32,000 bases of DNA from Aliivibrio fischeri ES114 (GTDB lineage: Bacteria > Pseudomonadota > Gammaproteobacteria > Enterobacterales > Vibrionaceae), in the NCBI RefSeq assembly GCF_000011805.1, contig NC_006840.2; one strand, 5' to 3'. This document shows positions 18,057 through 26,321 of this stretch, piece by piece. The number at the start of each line of letters is the position of its first letter. Position 1 is the first letter of the stretch. The notes under the pieces are model-generated. The model worked only from the letters and a program-made list of their open reading frames with translations, was not told the origin of the DNA and did no database searches. The position numbers and the translations under genes are program-made.

Positions 18057-19055
18057 ATGAAGCTTACTTTTCATCTTATATACATTATTTTATTCTCTGT
18101 CTTTTTATCGCCTCTTGCCCACGCAAAAACACCTTGGAAATTGTGTGCAATCTACCCACATTTAAAAGACTCTTACTGGTTATCTGTTAACTATGGAATG
18201 GTAAAAGAAGCTAAAGCTCAGCATGTTGAATTAACCGTCTATGAATCTGGTGGTTATCCTAATGTTGAACGACAAACTCAACAAATCGAGCAATGTGTAT
18301 TGAATGGTTCTGATGCAATCATTTTAGGTACCGTTGATCCTATGGCTTTTCAAGCTAACCTTATTACGCTTACAAAAGGCATACCTGTTTTTGCTACCGT
18401 AAATCAACTAATTAGTTCCTATCCTCCAGCCACCCCAGTTCATCATGGTGAAGTCGGTGTTGATTGGTATGAAATGGGCTATAAAACTGGTGAATTTTTA
18501 GCTAAAAGACACCCAAAGGATTCTGGTATCACTTATATTGGCTGGCTCCCTGGTCCTAAAACTAGAGGTGGAACAAAACCCGTCACCCAAGGTTTTAATG
18601 ATGCGATTAAAGACAGCGATATTATCGTCAGTGCAACGTACTGGGGTGATAACAGTAAGGAATTACAACGCAACTTAATTCAAGATGCTTTGCAAACAGA
18701 AAAATTGGATTATTTGGTTGGAGGTGCTGTCGCAATTGAGGTGGCAATCAGTGAAGTCGCAAGCCGAAAAATGCAAAATCAAGTGGGTTTAGTCTCTACT
18801 TACTTAAGTCATGCAGTATATCGCGGTTTATTACGTAATCGCGTGTTATTCTCCCCCACTGATAAAATGGTATTACAGGGACAGCTGAGTATTCAACAAG
18901 CGGTGAGTTATCTTAATAAACACCCACTGTCTTTTCAGTTATCACCAAAAATTGAAGCATTAACACCGCAGCATTTACCAAAAAAAGTTCTCGAAGAATC
19001 ACTCTCACCTGCAGAGTATCGTCCTACTTTTTTCGTATCAGCTGAAAAACAATAA
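18057..19055 (+). CDS. torT: Periplasmic TMAO-binding protein TorT
   Basis: Signal peptide, and WKLCAIYPHLKDSYWLSVNYGM matching recalled E. coli TorT (WKLCALYPSLKDSYWLSLNYGM). YLSHAVYRGL is also shared. Confidence 0.9.
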   Translation: MKLTFHLIYIILFSVFLSPLAHAKTPWKLCAIYPHLKDSYWLSVNYGMVKEAKAQHVELTVYESGGYPNVERQTQQIEQCVLNGSDAIILGTVDPMAFQANLITLTKGIPVFATVNQLISSYPPATPVHHGEVGVDWYEMGYKTGEFLAKRHPKDSGITYIGWLPGPKTRGGTKPVTQGFNDAIKDSDIIVSATYWGDNSKELQRNLIQDALQTEKLDYLVGGAVAIEVAISEVASRKMQNQVGLVSTYLSHAVYRGLLRNRVLFSPTDKMVLQGQLSIQQAVSYLNKHPLSFQLSPKIEALTPQHLPKKVLEESLSPAEYRPTFFVSAEKQ

Positions 19056-19151
19056 TTAAAACAACGCTTATATATTGTCATAAAATTGAGGTATAGACGT
19101 TGTACCCTCTACAAATTGTACCCTGCTATAAAATAGGAATAAGGAATATCA

Positions 19152-19607
19152 ATGAATAAAACAACAAGGGTCATGCCTGCACATAAACACATTGCATTAG
19201 TTGCTCATGATAATTACAAACCAGAATTATTACGTTGGGTAAAAGAGAATAAAGATGCCTTACAAGGTCATTTTCTTTATGCGACGGGAACAACTGGCCG
19301 CATTCTAAGTAAAGAAACAGGTTTAGCAATAAAGAGTTTATTGAGCGGTCCTATGGGGGGAGATCAGCAACTTGGCGCTCTTATCTCTGAAGGAAAAATC
19401 GATATGATGATTTTCTTTTGGGATCCTCTAAACGCCGTACCGCATGATCCTGATGTAAAAGCGCTTCTACGCATTGCAACAGTATGGAATGTTCCCGTAG
19501 CAATGAACCGTGCAAGTGCCAAATTTATGATTTCGGCTCCTCAAATGGAAGAAGAAGTATCAATCGAAATTCCTGATTATGATGCTTATTTAGCTGAACG
19601 CGTTTAG
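19152..19607 (+). CDS. mgsA: Methylglyoxal synthase
   Basis: 151 aa with [17 protein letters not shown] and GPMGGDQQ motifs. SD AAGGAA is present. Confidence 0.95.
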   Translation: MNKTTRVMPAHKHIALVAHDNYKPELLRWVKENKDALQGHFLYATGTTGRILSKETGLAIKSLLSGPMGGDQQLGALISEGKIDMMIFFWDPLNAVPHDPDVKALLRIATVWNVPVAMNRASAKFMISAPQMEEEVSIEIPDYDAYLAERV

Positions 19608-19619
19608 CTTAATAAAAAA

Positions 19620-19647
19620 ATAGCCGCTATTTTCGAGCGGCTATTTT
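19620..19647. terminator. Bidirectional terminator between mgsA and convergent helD
   Basis: Stem atagccgct (19620-19628) / agcggctat (19636-19644), loop attttcg. There is a T-run downstream and an A7 run upstream. Confidence 0.8.
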
Positions 19648-19659
19648 ATTGTCCCTAAG

Positions 19660-21723
19660 TTATTCAATTATCACTGGATAATCTTTATCCACGATCTCTT
19701 GTACAAATGGAGATGGTTTACCATGATAAACAATCCATACCTTTTTCTTTGCACGAGTTAAAGCGACATAGAATAGTCGTCGCTCTTCAGCATATGGAAA
19801 GCTTTCTGCATGAGGAAGTAAAGCCGTATCTAATGACTCCGCCCGCTCTTTCATCGGGAATTGTCCATCCGTCATCTCTACAATAAAGACATAATCTGCT
19901 TCAGTCCCTTTACTAGCATGACACGTATTATATTCCAAATTCAAACCAGGATAGAACTTAACCCACTCGTCAAAGCTATCGGGCTTATGATTATGGTTAC
20001 GTCCAAGAATCACGACTTTTTCGCCATCACGAATGTTTTTAGATAATGATAAGAGCTCTTTTTCTATAGATTGGTGCTCTATTACTTTCACTGCCTTTCT
20101 TTTCTTTTTAGTGAAACTATTTAGCTCTTTTTTAAGCTGCATAGGGTTCTCTTGAACAAAGCGATTTGCTACCGCCCCTATTTGATCATTAAAACGATAC
20201 GTTGTCGATAAATGAGCAATTTGTGTCGATTGAAAACGATGTTCAAACCCTGTAGTTAGCGACACATCTGCACCAGCAAAACGGTATATCGCTTGCCAAT
20301 CATCACCAACAGCAAATAGCGTAGCCTTAGTTTGATGTTTATTTTCGGTGTGACAAATGGCTTCAATCAAATCTAGACGTTGTGGTGAAATATCTTGATA
20401 TTCATCAACCATTACAAATGACCAAGGCAATTCATACTTGTTATCAGCAATGTATGCTTTAGCCTTAGTAATCATTGATTCATAATCAATAGCATCTTCA
20501 TGTTTCAGCGTTCTTTCATACGCCTTAAAGAATGGCCAAACAATATTCAATTCACTTTTTAAACGCTGCACATCAGGATGAAACTCAATCTTTTCAACAA
20601 TGCTTTTCTTATCTAATTGCAGACTATTTAATTGGCAAATTTGTTTATAAAGCCATTCTTGTAACTTTTCATTGTGCGATTCTTCTCTTAAATCGACATC
20701 ACCACGCAAATAAGCAATTGGCCATTTCTTAAGGTGCTTCTTCCAACGGTTCATCGCTGTTGCATTTTTCCATTCGGAATCCAAAACATGAACAAACCAT
20801 TCTTTACGGGCTTTAACATCAGTAACTAAACATGATAGCTTTGGTTGTTGATATTCAACATGACGAATAATATCTAAGCCTAATTGATGAAAAGTAGCGA
20901 CTTTGACTCGTTGACCTATTTCAAAACCGAGTTTATCAATGATACGACCTGACATTTCTTGTGCAGCTTGACGACCAAAAGCCAATAACAAAATTTCGTC
21001 TGCTTGAGCTTGTCCACTTTGAATTAAATAATTTACACGGGCAACCAATACACTTGTTTTACCTGAGCCTGCTCCAGCTAAAACTAAGGTGTGGTCTTCA
21101 TTTAATAGCAAAGCACTTTGCTGAGATTCATTTAGTGGCTGTGATTCACACTCAGAAAAAAACGTTTTCCATTCTACTTTTTGCTCTTCTAACCAATTAT
21201 CATTCAAGACTTTTAATTGTTCTTCTGGCTCAGTAAGCCAATCAATAACAGGGGCAATACAATCAGGTTGAAGCTGTTCAGCTAAAGGAATGGAAATCTT
21301 CGTCTGCTCGAAAAGATCATATAACTTTTCGACCATCATTAAAGCTTCTGTTTGCTTTAAAAAGCGCTTGTTTGCACTAAAATTTTCGATTAATTCAATC
21401 ATCTGTGGTTGCAGCTGATTTAACAGCAATACTTTTGATTCTTTCCAATCAGCATAAGCATTTAACACTGCATTAATTATGGCATCACACTCTTCCCATG
21501 GAAGTCCAGATACTCGCCATGCCACTTGTTCATTGCGATTATAAAAACAAAGCGCTCCCCAAATAAGGCCTCTTTCAAAAGTCACTTTTCCACTCCATTT
21601 ATCAAATGGAACAGATACTTGATATTTATGTGAGGTAAACAACAGCTGCTCTTGCTCTAATTCAAGTTGATAAAAGTCACCTTGAACTAACCACTGAGCG
21701 AAAGGGGTTGCTTTGATCTGCAT
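19660..21723 (-). CDS. helD: DNA helicase IV (UvrD/Rep superfamily 1)
   Basis: 687 aa with Walker A LVLAGAGSGKTSVLVARVNYL, motif II VMVDEYQDISP, C-terminal motifs (TCHASKGTEADYVFIV, RLFYVALTRAKKKV) and a long N-terminal HelD-type domain. It neighbours mgsA and yccS, as I recall for E. coli. Confidence 0.9.
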   Translation of the reverse strand: MQIKATPFAQWLVQGDFYQLELEQEQLLFTSHKYQVSVPFDKWSGKVTFERGLIWGALCFYNRNEQVAWRVSGLPWEECDAIINAVLNAYADWKESKVLLLNQLQPQMIELIENFSANKRFLKQTEALMMVEKLYDLFEQTKISIPLAEQLQPDCIAPVIDWLTEPEEQLKVLNDNWLEEQKVEWKTFFSECESQPLNESQQSALLLNEDHTLVLAGAGSGKTSVLVARVNYLIQSGQAQADEILLLAFGRQAAQEMSGRIIDKLGFEIGQRVKVATFHQLGLDIIRHVEYQQPKLSCLVTDVKARKEWFVHVLDSEWKNATAMNRWKKHLKKWPIAYLRGDVDLREESHNEKLQEWLYKQICQLNSLQLDKKSIVEKIEFHPDVQRLKSELNIVWPFFKAYERTLKHEDAIDYESMITKAKAYIADNKYELPWSFVMVDEYQDISPQRLDLIEAICHTENKHQTKATLFAVGDDWQAIYRFAGADVSLTTGFEHRFQSTQIAHLSTTYRFNDQIGAVANRFVQENPMQLKKELNSFTKKKRKAVKVIEHQSIEKELLSLSKNIRDGEKVVILGRNHNHKPDSFDEWVKFYPGLNLEYNTCHASKGTEADYVFIVEMTDGQFPMKERAESLDTALLPHAESFPYAEERRLFYVALTRAKKKVWIVYHGKPSPFVQEIVDKDYPVIIE

Positions 21724-21915
21724 GATTCAATACTACCTAATTAATATGACACTATGAGAGTGTTTCATTCACGAATTTGCTGAAGAGGTCATAGGATATC
21801 AGGTTCTTTTTTTGTTGTCTCAGATCAGTATTAAGACAATGATTCAGATTTAGACTCTTTCTTCTCCGTATGACTTTGTTATGATAGGTTTTTTCCCTAA
21901 GCAGAAAGTAATATC

Positions 21916-24099
21916 GTGACTTATCGCCAGATTTTTCGCCAATATTGGGCCAATAAAACCATCAATTATAGTATCAGAGTATTACTCGCTCTTGTTGGTG
22001 CTGTTATTCCCTGTTGGTACCTTGAGCAAAATACGGCAATTACTCCACTCATTCTTGGAATTATTGCGGCCGCATTAGCTGAAACTGACGATAAACTATC
22101 CGGAAGACTCAAGGCCTTATTCTTCACTTTCATCTGTTTTGCTATTGCCGCTTTCTCCATTGAGATTCTCTTTCATACACCAATTTTATTTGCGATTGGA
22201 TTATTTTGCTCAACCATTGCATTTATTATGCTTGGAGCTCTAGGGCCTCGCTACGCTAGCATTGCTTTTGGCTCACTACTTATCGCTATCTATACCATGC
22301 TAGGCGCTGCCGAAAGTCCAAATCTTTGGTATCAGCCAACCCTTTTACTAGGGGGTGCAGCTTGGTATTACACTATCTCGTTAACATGGCAAATATTTTG
22401 GCCATTGCAGCCAGTTCAACAAAACCTAGCAACAGTATTTGAAACCATGGCTACGTACTTAAATAGTAAAAGTGAGTTATTCCATCCTGTAACCAATCTA
22501 GTTCCACAGCCTTATCGCCTTCAAGAAGCCAAAAATAATGCTCAAATGGTGACTGCACTTAATAATAGTAAAGCATCGTTATTAACAAGAGCGAAGCGTG
22601 GCCATGTGGTTGGTGCTAGCGATAAGTTTTTAAAAATATATTTTATTGCACAAGACATTCATGAGCGAGTGAGTTCTAGTCATTATCGCTATCAAGATTT
22701 AGCTAATACGTTTAATCGCAGCGATATTTTATTCCGCTTTAAACATTTACTTCATAGCCAATCGTTAGCCTGTAAAGAAGTTGCTCGCTGTTTATCTCTT
22801 GGTTTACCTTATCAACATGATAACGCTTCTATTTTTGCTTTAGATGAATTACAGCAATCACTTATTGCATTAAAAGAGCAACAAAAACCAGAATGGCGGT
22901 TATCTCTTATTCAATTGGATTACCTGTTTAATAACTTAGCAACGGTTGAGCGCCAATTTGCTAATATTAGTAATCCTGAAAGGGCGTTAGAAACAGAAGA
23001 AGATACAGTCTTAGCAGATCAAGGCGCTCACACGCCTAAGGCCATGTGGCAACGCTTAAGAGCAAACTTAACTACAGATTCAGTCTTATTTAGACACGCT
23101 ATTCGCATGGCGTTAGCCTTAACTGCTGGTTATGGCATTATTCAAGCATTTGAATTAGAACGTGGTTATTGGATTTTGCTCACTACCTTATTTGTTTGTC
23201 AGCCAAACTACAGTGCAACTAAAGAAAAACTTGTGGCGCGAGTTGCTGGGACTTTAATTGGTTTATTGGCAGGAACCACCCTACTGGTTCTATTTCCATC
23301 TCTAGATAGCCAACTCGTATTAATGGTTATTTCTGGCGTATTGTTCTTTGCGTTCCGCCTTGCTAACTATGGATTTGCGACTGCCTTTATTACAATGCTT
23401 GTTTTATTCTGCTTTAACCAATTAGGTGAAGGCTACGCAGTGATTTTACCAAGATTGGGGGATACACTCGTTGGCTGTGCTCTTGCGGTATTAGCGGTAA
23501 CCTATATTCTTCCCGATTGGCAAGCAAAACGTCTAGATAAAGTTATGTCTGATACGGTGCATGCTCACCAAGATTACTTATCGAATATCATTTCTCAATA
23601 TCGAGCAGGAAAGAAAGATTCTCTTCAGTATCGTTTATCACGCCGTGAAGCTCATAATAGTGAGGCTGCACTTAGTTCGGCGATCAGTAACATGTTGATT
23701 GAACCCGGTAAATATCAAACAGCTGTCGATGAATCCTTCCGCTTTTTATGCCTGTGTCATGCGATGCTAAGCTATATCTCCGCACTTGGGGCTCATCGTA
23801 TGCGTTTAAAAGATGAAGAAACGCATCAATTAGTTGCTGAATCACATCGTATTATTCACGCTCATTTAAATCAGATTCAATGCCAATTAAATAATACTGA
23901 TTGTAGTGATAAACTAAATACCGTTAAAGAAGAGAGTATCGAAAAACGTCTTTCAGAATGGCGTGATGAAGATGAAAACTCAATTAGAATGGTATTACAG
24001 CAATTGCATTTAATTCACCAAATATTACCTGAGATGCATACTTTATCTGCTTCACTAAGTACACAAATTCACAAAATGAAAACAAGTGCTAAAGTTTGA
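21916..24099 (+). CDS. yccS: YccS/YhfK-family (FUSC-like) inner membrane protein
   Basis: 727 aa with two polytopic blocks. ITPLILGIIAAALAETDDKLSGRLK, YFIAQDIHERVSSSH, GYWILLTTLFVCQPNYSATKEK and LPDWQ resemble recalled E. coli YccS. It has a GTG start. Confidence 0.88.
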   Translation: MTYRQIFRQYWANKTINYSIRVLLALVGAVIPCWYLEQNTAITPLILGIIAAALAETDDKLSGRLKALFFTFICFAIAAFSIEILFHTPILFAIGLFCSTIAFIMLGALGPRYASIAFGSLLIAIYTMLGAAESPNLWYQPTLLLGGAAWYYTISLTWQIFWPLQPVQQNLATVFETMATYLNSKSELFHPVTNLVPQPYRLQEAKNNAQMVTALNNSKASLLTRAKRGHVVGASDKFLKIYFIAQDIHERVSSSHYRYQDLANTFNRSDILFRFKHLLHSQSLACKEVARCLSLGLPYQHDNASIFALDELQQSLIALKEQQKPEWRLSLIQLDYLFNNLATVERQFANISNPERALETEEDTVLADQGAHTPKAMWQRLRANLTTDSVLFRHAIRMALALTAGYGIIQAFELERGYWILLTTLFVCQPNYSATKEKLVARVAGTLIGLLAGTTLLVLFPSLDSQLVLMVISGVLFFAFRLANYGFATAFITMLVLFCFNQLGEGYAVILPRLGDTLVGCALAVLAVTYILPDWQAKRLDKVMSDTVHAHQDYLSNIISQYRAGKKDSLQYRLSRREAHNSEAALSSAISNMLIEPGKYQTAVDESFRFLCLCHAMLSYISALGAHRMRLKDEETHQLVAESHRIIHAHLNQIQCQLNNTDCSDKLNTVKEESIEKRLSEWRDEDENSIRMVLQQLHLIHQILPEMHTLSASLSTQIHKMKTSAKV

Positions 24100-24228
24100 A
24101 GTCGATCTGTTATTCCGGTCGAATAATTGATGTTTCTCAATTATTTTTAGCGCAAGACGCCTACACTATTATTAAAGGGAGTTCATATTTGGACTCCTTA
24201 ATTACCAATAATAATTGGAGGCGCCATT

Positions 24229-24726
24229 ATGAAAAGTATATTTATTGCTGCTTTTGTTGGAATTTCAAGCCCTGATCTTATCAAACGCCTAGCGTCCGTT
24301 ACTCATGAAGAAGGCGGCAAATGGCTAGTGAGTAAAATCCACTATCTAGATACACATATTTCTGCCGTAATTAAAATTGAAGTCCCTTCCGAACATAAAC
24401 AAGCCGTCCAAGATTATTTTTTATCTCAAGATGATCTAATGGTGACCTTTAGTGATGTTATTGATACCACAGTTCAAGATACACACAGCAAATTAAAAGT
24501 CGACTCTGAAGATAGAGCGGGTATTGTTAACGATATTAGCAATATTCTTCAAAATGAAGGTATTGAGCTAATCGATATGGACAGCCATCGTATAGGCGTT
24601 CCTGCTAGCGGTACAAGCGTATTTACTGCAACTCTTAGCCTCAAGTTGCCTGCAGCCGCAAACATTAATGATCTTGCTGCTGAAATTGAATCCTTAAGCG
24701 AAGACATGGTCGTCACTGTTATTTAA
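24229..24726 (+). CDS. ACT-domain protein, GcvR-like (two small ligand-binding-type repeats)
   Basis: 165 aa with a strong SD (GGAGG). The second half, VDSEDRAGIVNDISNILQNEGIELIDMDS, has a typical ACT beta-alpha pattern as in GcvR. The assignment is tentative. Confidence 0.5.
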   Translation: MKSIFIAAFVGISSPDLIKRLASVTHEEGGKWLVSKIHYLDTHISAVIKIEVPSEHKQAVQDYFLSQDDLMVTFSDVIDTTVQDTHSKLKVDSEDRAGIVNDISNILQNEGIELIDMDSHRIGVPASGTSVFTATLSLKLPAAANINDLAAEIESLSEDMVVTVI

Positions 24727-24745
24727 TTTACTATATCGCAAACGT

Positions 24746-24776
24746 AAAAAAGCCCACTCATTCCTGAATGGGCTTT
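24746..24776 (-). terminator. Terminator copy A (distal copy of a duplicated module)
   Basis: Stem gcccactca / tgaatgggc (one C-A mismatch), loop ttcc. A6 at 24746-24751 gives T6 after the hairpin on the minus strand. On the plus strand the hairpin also sits just after the ACT-protein stop. Confidence 0.65.
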
Positions 24777-24792
24777 CCAATTTTTGGTATGA

Positions 24793-24872
24793 GCGGAGCG
24801 ACACACGAGGTTCCCGATCTTCAAGGCATTAGGCGTGACCTCAACCTTGGTAAGATTGCGCTCTACCAGCTG
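24793..24872 (-). pseudogene. Decayed tRNA-Gly copy
   Basis: It aligns to the intact tRNA-Gly at 24964..25039 with these differences: the CCA end is changed to CCG; the T-arm segment gaactc is replaced by 21 nt (ccgatcttcaaggcattaggc); two substitutions lie in the anticodon arm (the loop would read ACC); and the 5' D-arm and acceptor strand are replaced by cccccacaactc. It cannot fold as a cloverleaf. Confidence 0.7.
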
Positions 24873-24926
24873 CCCCCACAACTCAGAGAACATAAATCGA
24901 ACCTCTTTTAGTTTTATTACAAACGT

Positions 24927-24957
24927 AAAAAAGCCCGTTCATTTCTGAACGGGCTTT
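24927..24957 (-). terminator. Terminator copy B, terminating the tRNA operon
   Basis: Perfect stem gcccgttca / tgaacgggc with loop tttc. A6 at 24927-24932 gives T6 on the minus strand, directly downstream of tRNA-Gly. Confidence 0.8.
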
Positions 24958-24963
24958 CTTGTT

Positions 24964-25039
24964 TGGAGCGACACACGAGGTTCGAACTCGTGACCTCAAC
25001 CTTGGCAAGGTTGCGCTCTACCAGCTGAGCTAGTGTCGC
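24964..25039 (-). tRNA. glyW: tRNA-Gly (GCC)
   Basis: The reverse complement GCGACACTAGCTCAGCTGGTAGAGCGCAACCTTGCCAAGGTTGAGGTCACGAGTTCGAACCTCGTGTGTCGCTCCA folds as a cloverleaf. The acceptor is GCGACAC/GTGTCGC, the anticodon loop is TTGCCAA and CCA is encoded. Confidence 0.97.
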
Positions 25040-25072
25040 ATTTGCTGCTCTTTCGAGTCAGACTCTAATAGA

Positions 25073-25159
25073 TGGTGCCCCGGGCCGGACTTGAACCGGC
25101 ACAGCGCGAACGCCGAGGGATTTTAAATCCCTTGTGTCTACCAATTCCACCACCAGGGC
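25073..25159 (-). tRNA. leuZ: tRNA-Leu (UAA), long variable arm
   Basis: The reverse complement is GCCCTGGTGGTGGAATTGGTAGACACAAGGGATTTAAAATCCCTCGGCGTTCGCGCTGTGCCGGTTCAAGTCCGGCCCGGGGCACCA. The anticodon loop is TTTAAAA and the sequence is close to recalled E. coli leuZ. Confidence 0.97.
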
Positions 25160-25236
25160 ACGCAATTTCTCGCGATGCCGATTACTGAAAAGTAAAACAC
25201 CATCTGTAATTACCGCAATTGCAGTAACTTTTAATT

Positions 25237-25312
25237 TGGAGCGACACACGAGGTTCGAACTCGTGACCTCAACCTTGGCAAGGTTGCGCTCTACCAGCTG
25301 AGCTAGTGTCGC
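25237..25312 (-). tRNA. glyW: tRNA-Gly (GCC), identical copy
   Basis: The 76-nt sequence is identical to 24964..25039. Confidence 0.97.
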
Positions 25313-25331
25313 ATAATGCATTCATAAAGAA

Positions 25332-25406
25332 TGGAGGCGCCTTCCCGGAATCGAACCGAGGTCCACGGATTTGCAATCCGCTGCATAGCCACTCTGCCAA
25401 GGCGCC
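25332..25406 (-). tRNA. cysT: tRNA-Cys (GCA)
   Basis: The reverse complement is GGCGCCTTGGCAGAGTGGCTATGCAGCGGATTGCAAATCCGTGGACCTCGGTTCGATTCCGGGAAGGCGCCTCCA. The acceptor is GGCGCCT/AGGCGCC, the anticodon is GCA and the discriminator is U. Confidence 0.97.
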
Positions 25407-25466
25407 TTTGTTACCTTAAGTATTCAGCAACTTAATTCAGCGCCTTCCTCTTGGGTACGGGATGCA

Positions 25467-25494
25467 TTCTACTGATTCAGCACTTAGAGTCAAC
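25467..25494 (-). promoter_or_regulatory. Candidate sigma70 promoter of the tRNA operon
   Basis: The minus strand reads TTGACT (25494-25489), a 16-nt spacer, TAGAAT (25472-25467), then a GC-containing discriminator (gcatcccg). An A/T-rich upstream region is present. It lies about 60 nt upstream of the tRNA-Cys 5' end. Confidence 0.6.
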
Positions 25495-25680
25495 ACTATT
25501 TTTCTGTTTTTGTTTCGTATTGAATAAAATGCGATCAAAATGAATAGAAAACAAACGAAAACAGGCTTATTTAAGATGTTTTTTTTCTGAATAACTGCTC
25601 TTTTATCATTCTGAGATTAAAAAATCAAAACGATAAAGTCTGTAATATCAGCTGACTATGCAAAATAATATTTCAAATAT

Positions 25681-25704
25681 AAAAAAAGCGAACCTAAGTT
25701 CGCT
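25681..25704 (-). terminator. Rho-independent terminator of pgsA
   Basis: Stem agcgaac / gttcgct with loop ctaa. A7 at 25681-25687 gives T7 after the hairpin on the minus strand. Confidence 0.8.
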
Positions 25705-25721
25705 TTTCAATTCATTTATAT

Positions 25722-26276
25722 CTATTCATCTGCATTAAGTAGATCATCTTTTGCTGCAGCTAAGTACTGCACCATCGACCAATATGTCAAAATAGTTGCA
25801 ATATATAGAGCGGCATAACCTAACCAGATCATCCAATCATCGTAACGCCAGATAAGAACCCAAAGCGCAAACATTTGAGATACAGTTTTTACTTTACCAA
25901 CCCAAGATACGGCAACACTTGCTCGTTTTCCTATTTCAGCCATCCACTCTCGTAATGCAGAAATAATAATTTCACGTGCAATCATTGTAATCGCAGGGAT
26001 GGTGATCCAAATTGTATGATAATGCTCAGTAATTAAAATTAAAGCAGCAGCCACCATGACTTTATCAGCAACTGGGTCTAAAAAAGCACCAAAGCGAGAA
26101 GTTTGCCCCAGTTTACGAGCTAAAAGTCCATCTAACCAATCAGTAAAACCTGCAACCCAGAATACCATTGCAGCAGCTACAGCTGACCATTCATAAGGCA
26201 AGTAGAACACAACAACAAACACAGGGATCAGTGCTAGTCGGATAAACGTGAGTATATTTGGTATTGTTAATCGCAT
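25722..26276 (-). CDS. pgsA: CDP-diacylglycerol--glycerol-3-phosphate 3-phosphatidyltransferase
   Basis: 184 aa with the CDP-alcohol phosphotransferase motif [27 protein letters not shown]. It sits between uvrC and the tRNA genes, as in E. coli. Confidence 0.95.
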   Translation of the reverse strand: MRLTIPNILTFIRLALIPVFVVVFYLPYEWSAVAAAMVFWVAGFTDWLDGLLARKLGQTSRFGAFLDPVADKVMVAAALILITEHYHTIWITIPAITMIAREIIISALREWMAEIGKRASVAVSWVGKVKTVSQMFALWVLIWRYDDWMIWLGYAALYIATILTYWSMVQYLAAAKDDLLNADE

Positions 26277-26321
26277 AAATAATTCTTAAGTTTTGGTCCG
26301 CGAGTGTATGGTGCGCTTTTT

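Noticed and set aside
17479-22160. Track ORFs 17479..17790, 19861..20046, 20532..20732, 20961..21236 and 21966..22160
   Set aside because: All are antisense shadow ORFs within torS, helD or yccS.
25058-25321. 87-aa minus-strand ORF spanning the tRNA cluster
   Set aside because: It is a translation artefact across tRNA-Leu and tRNA-Gly. Its sequence is explained entirely by the tRNA genes.
25504-25565. Imperfect inverted repeat ctgtttttgttt / aaacgaaaacag upstream of the tRNA promoter
   Set aside because: It is a low-complexity A/T tract in a region expected to hold UP-element or Fis-type sites. There is one mismatch and the spacer is 38 nt. That is not enough to call a discrete element.
24727-25721. 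Possibility of a tRNA-integrated genomic island at the tRNA cluster
   Set aside because: No integrase, cargo genes or long direct repeats are present. Only about 90 bp separates the decayed tRNA-Gly copy from the intact one's terminator. I kept it only as a duplication or scar finding.
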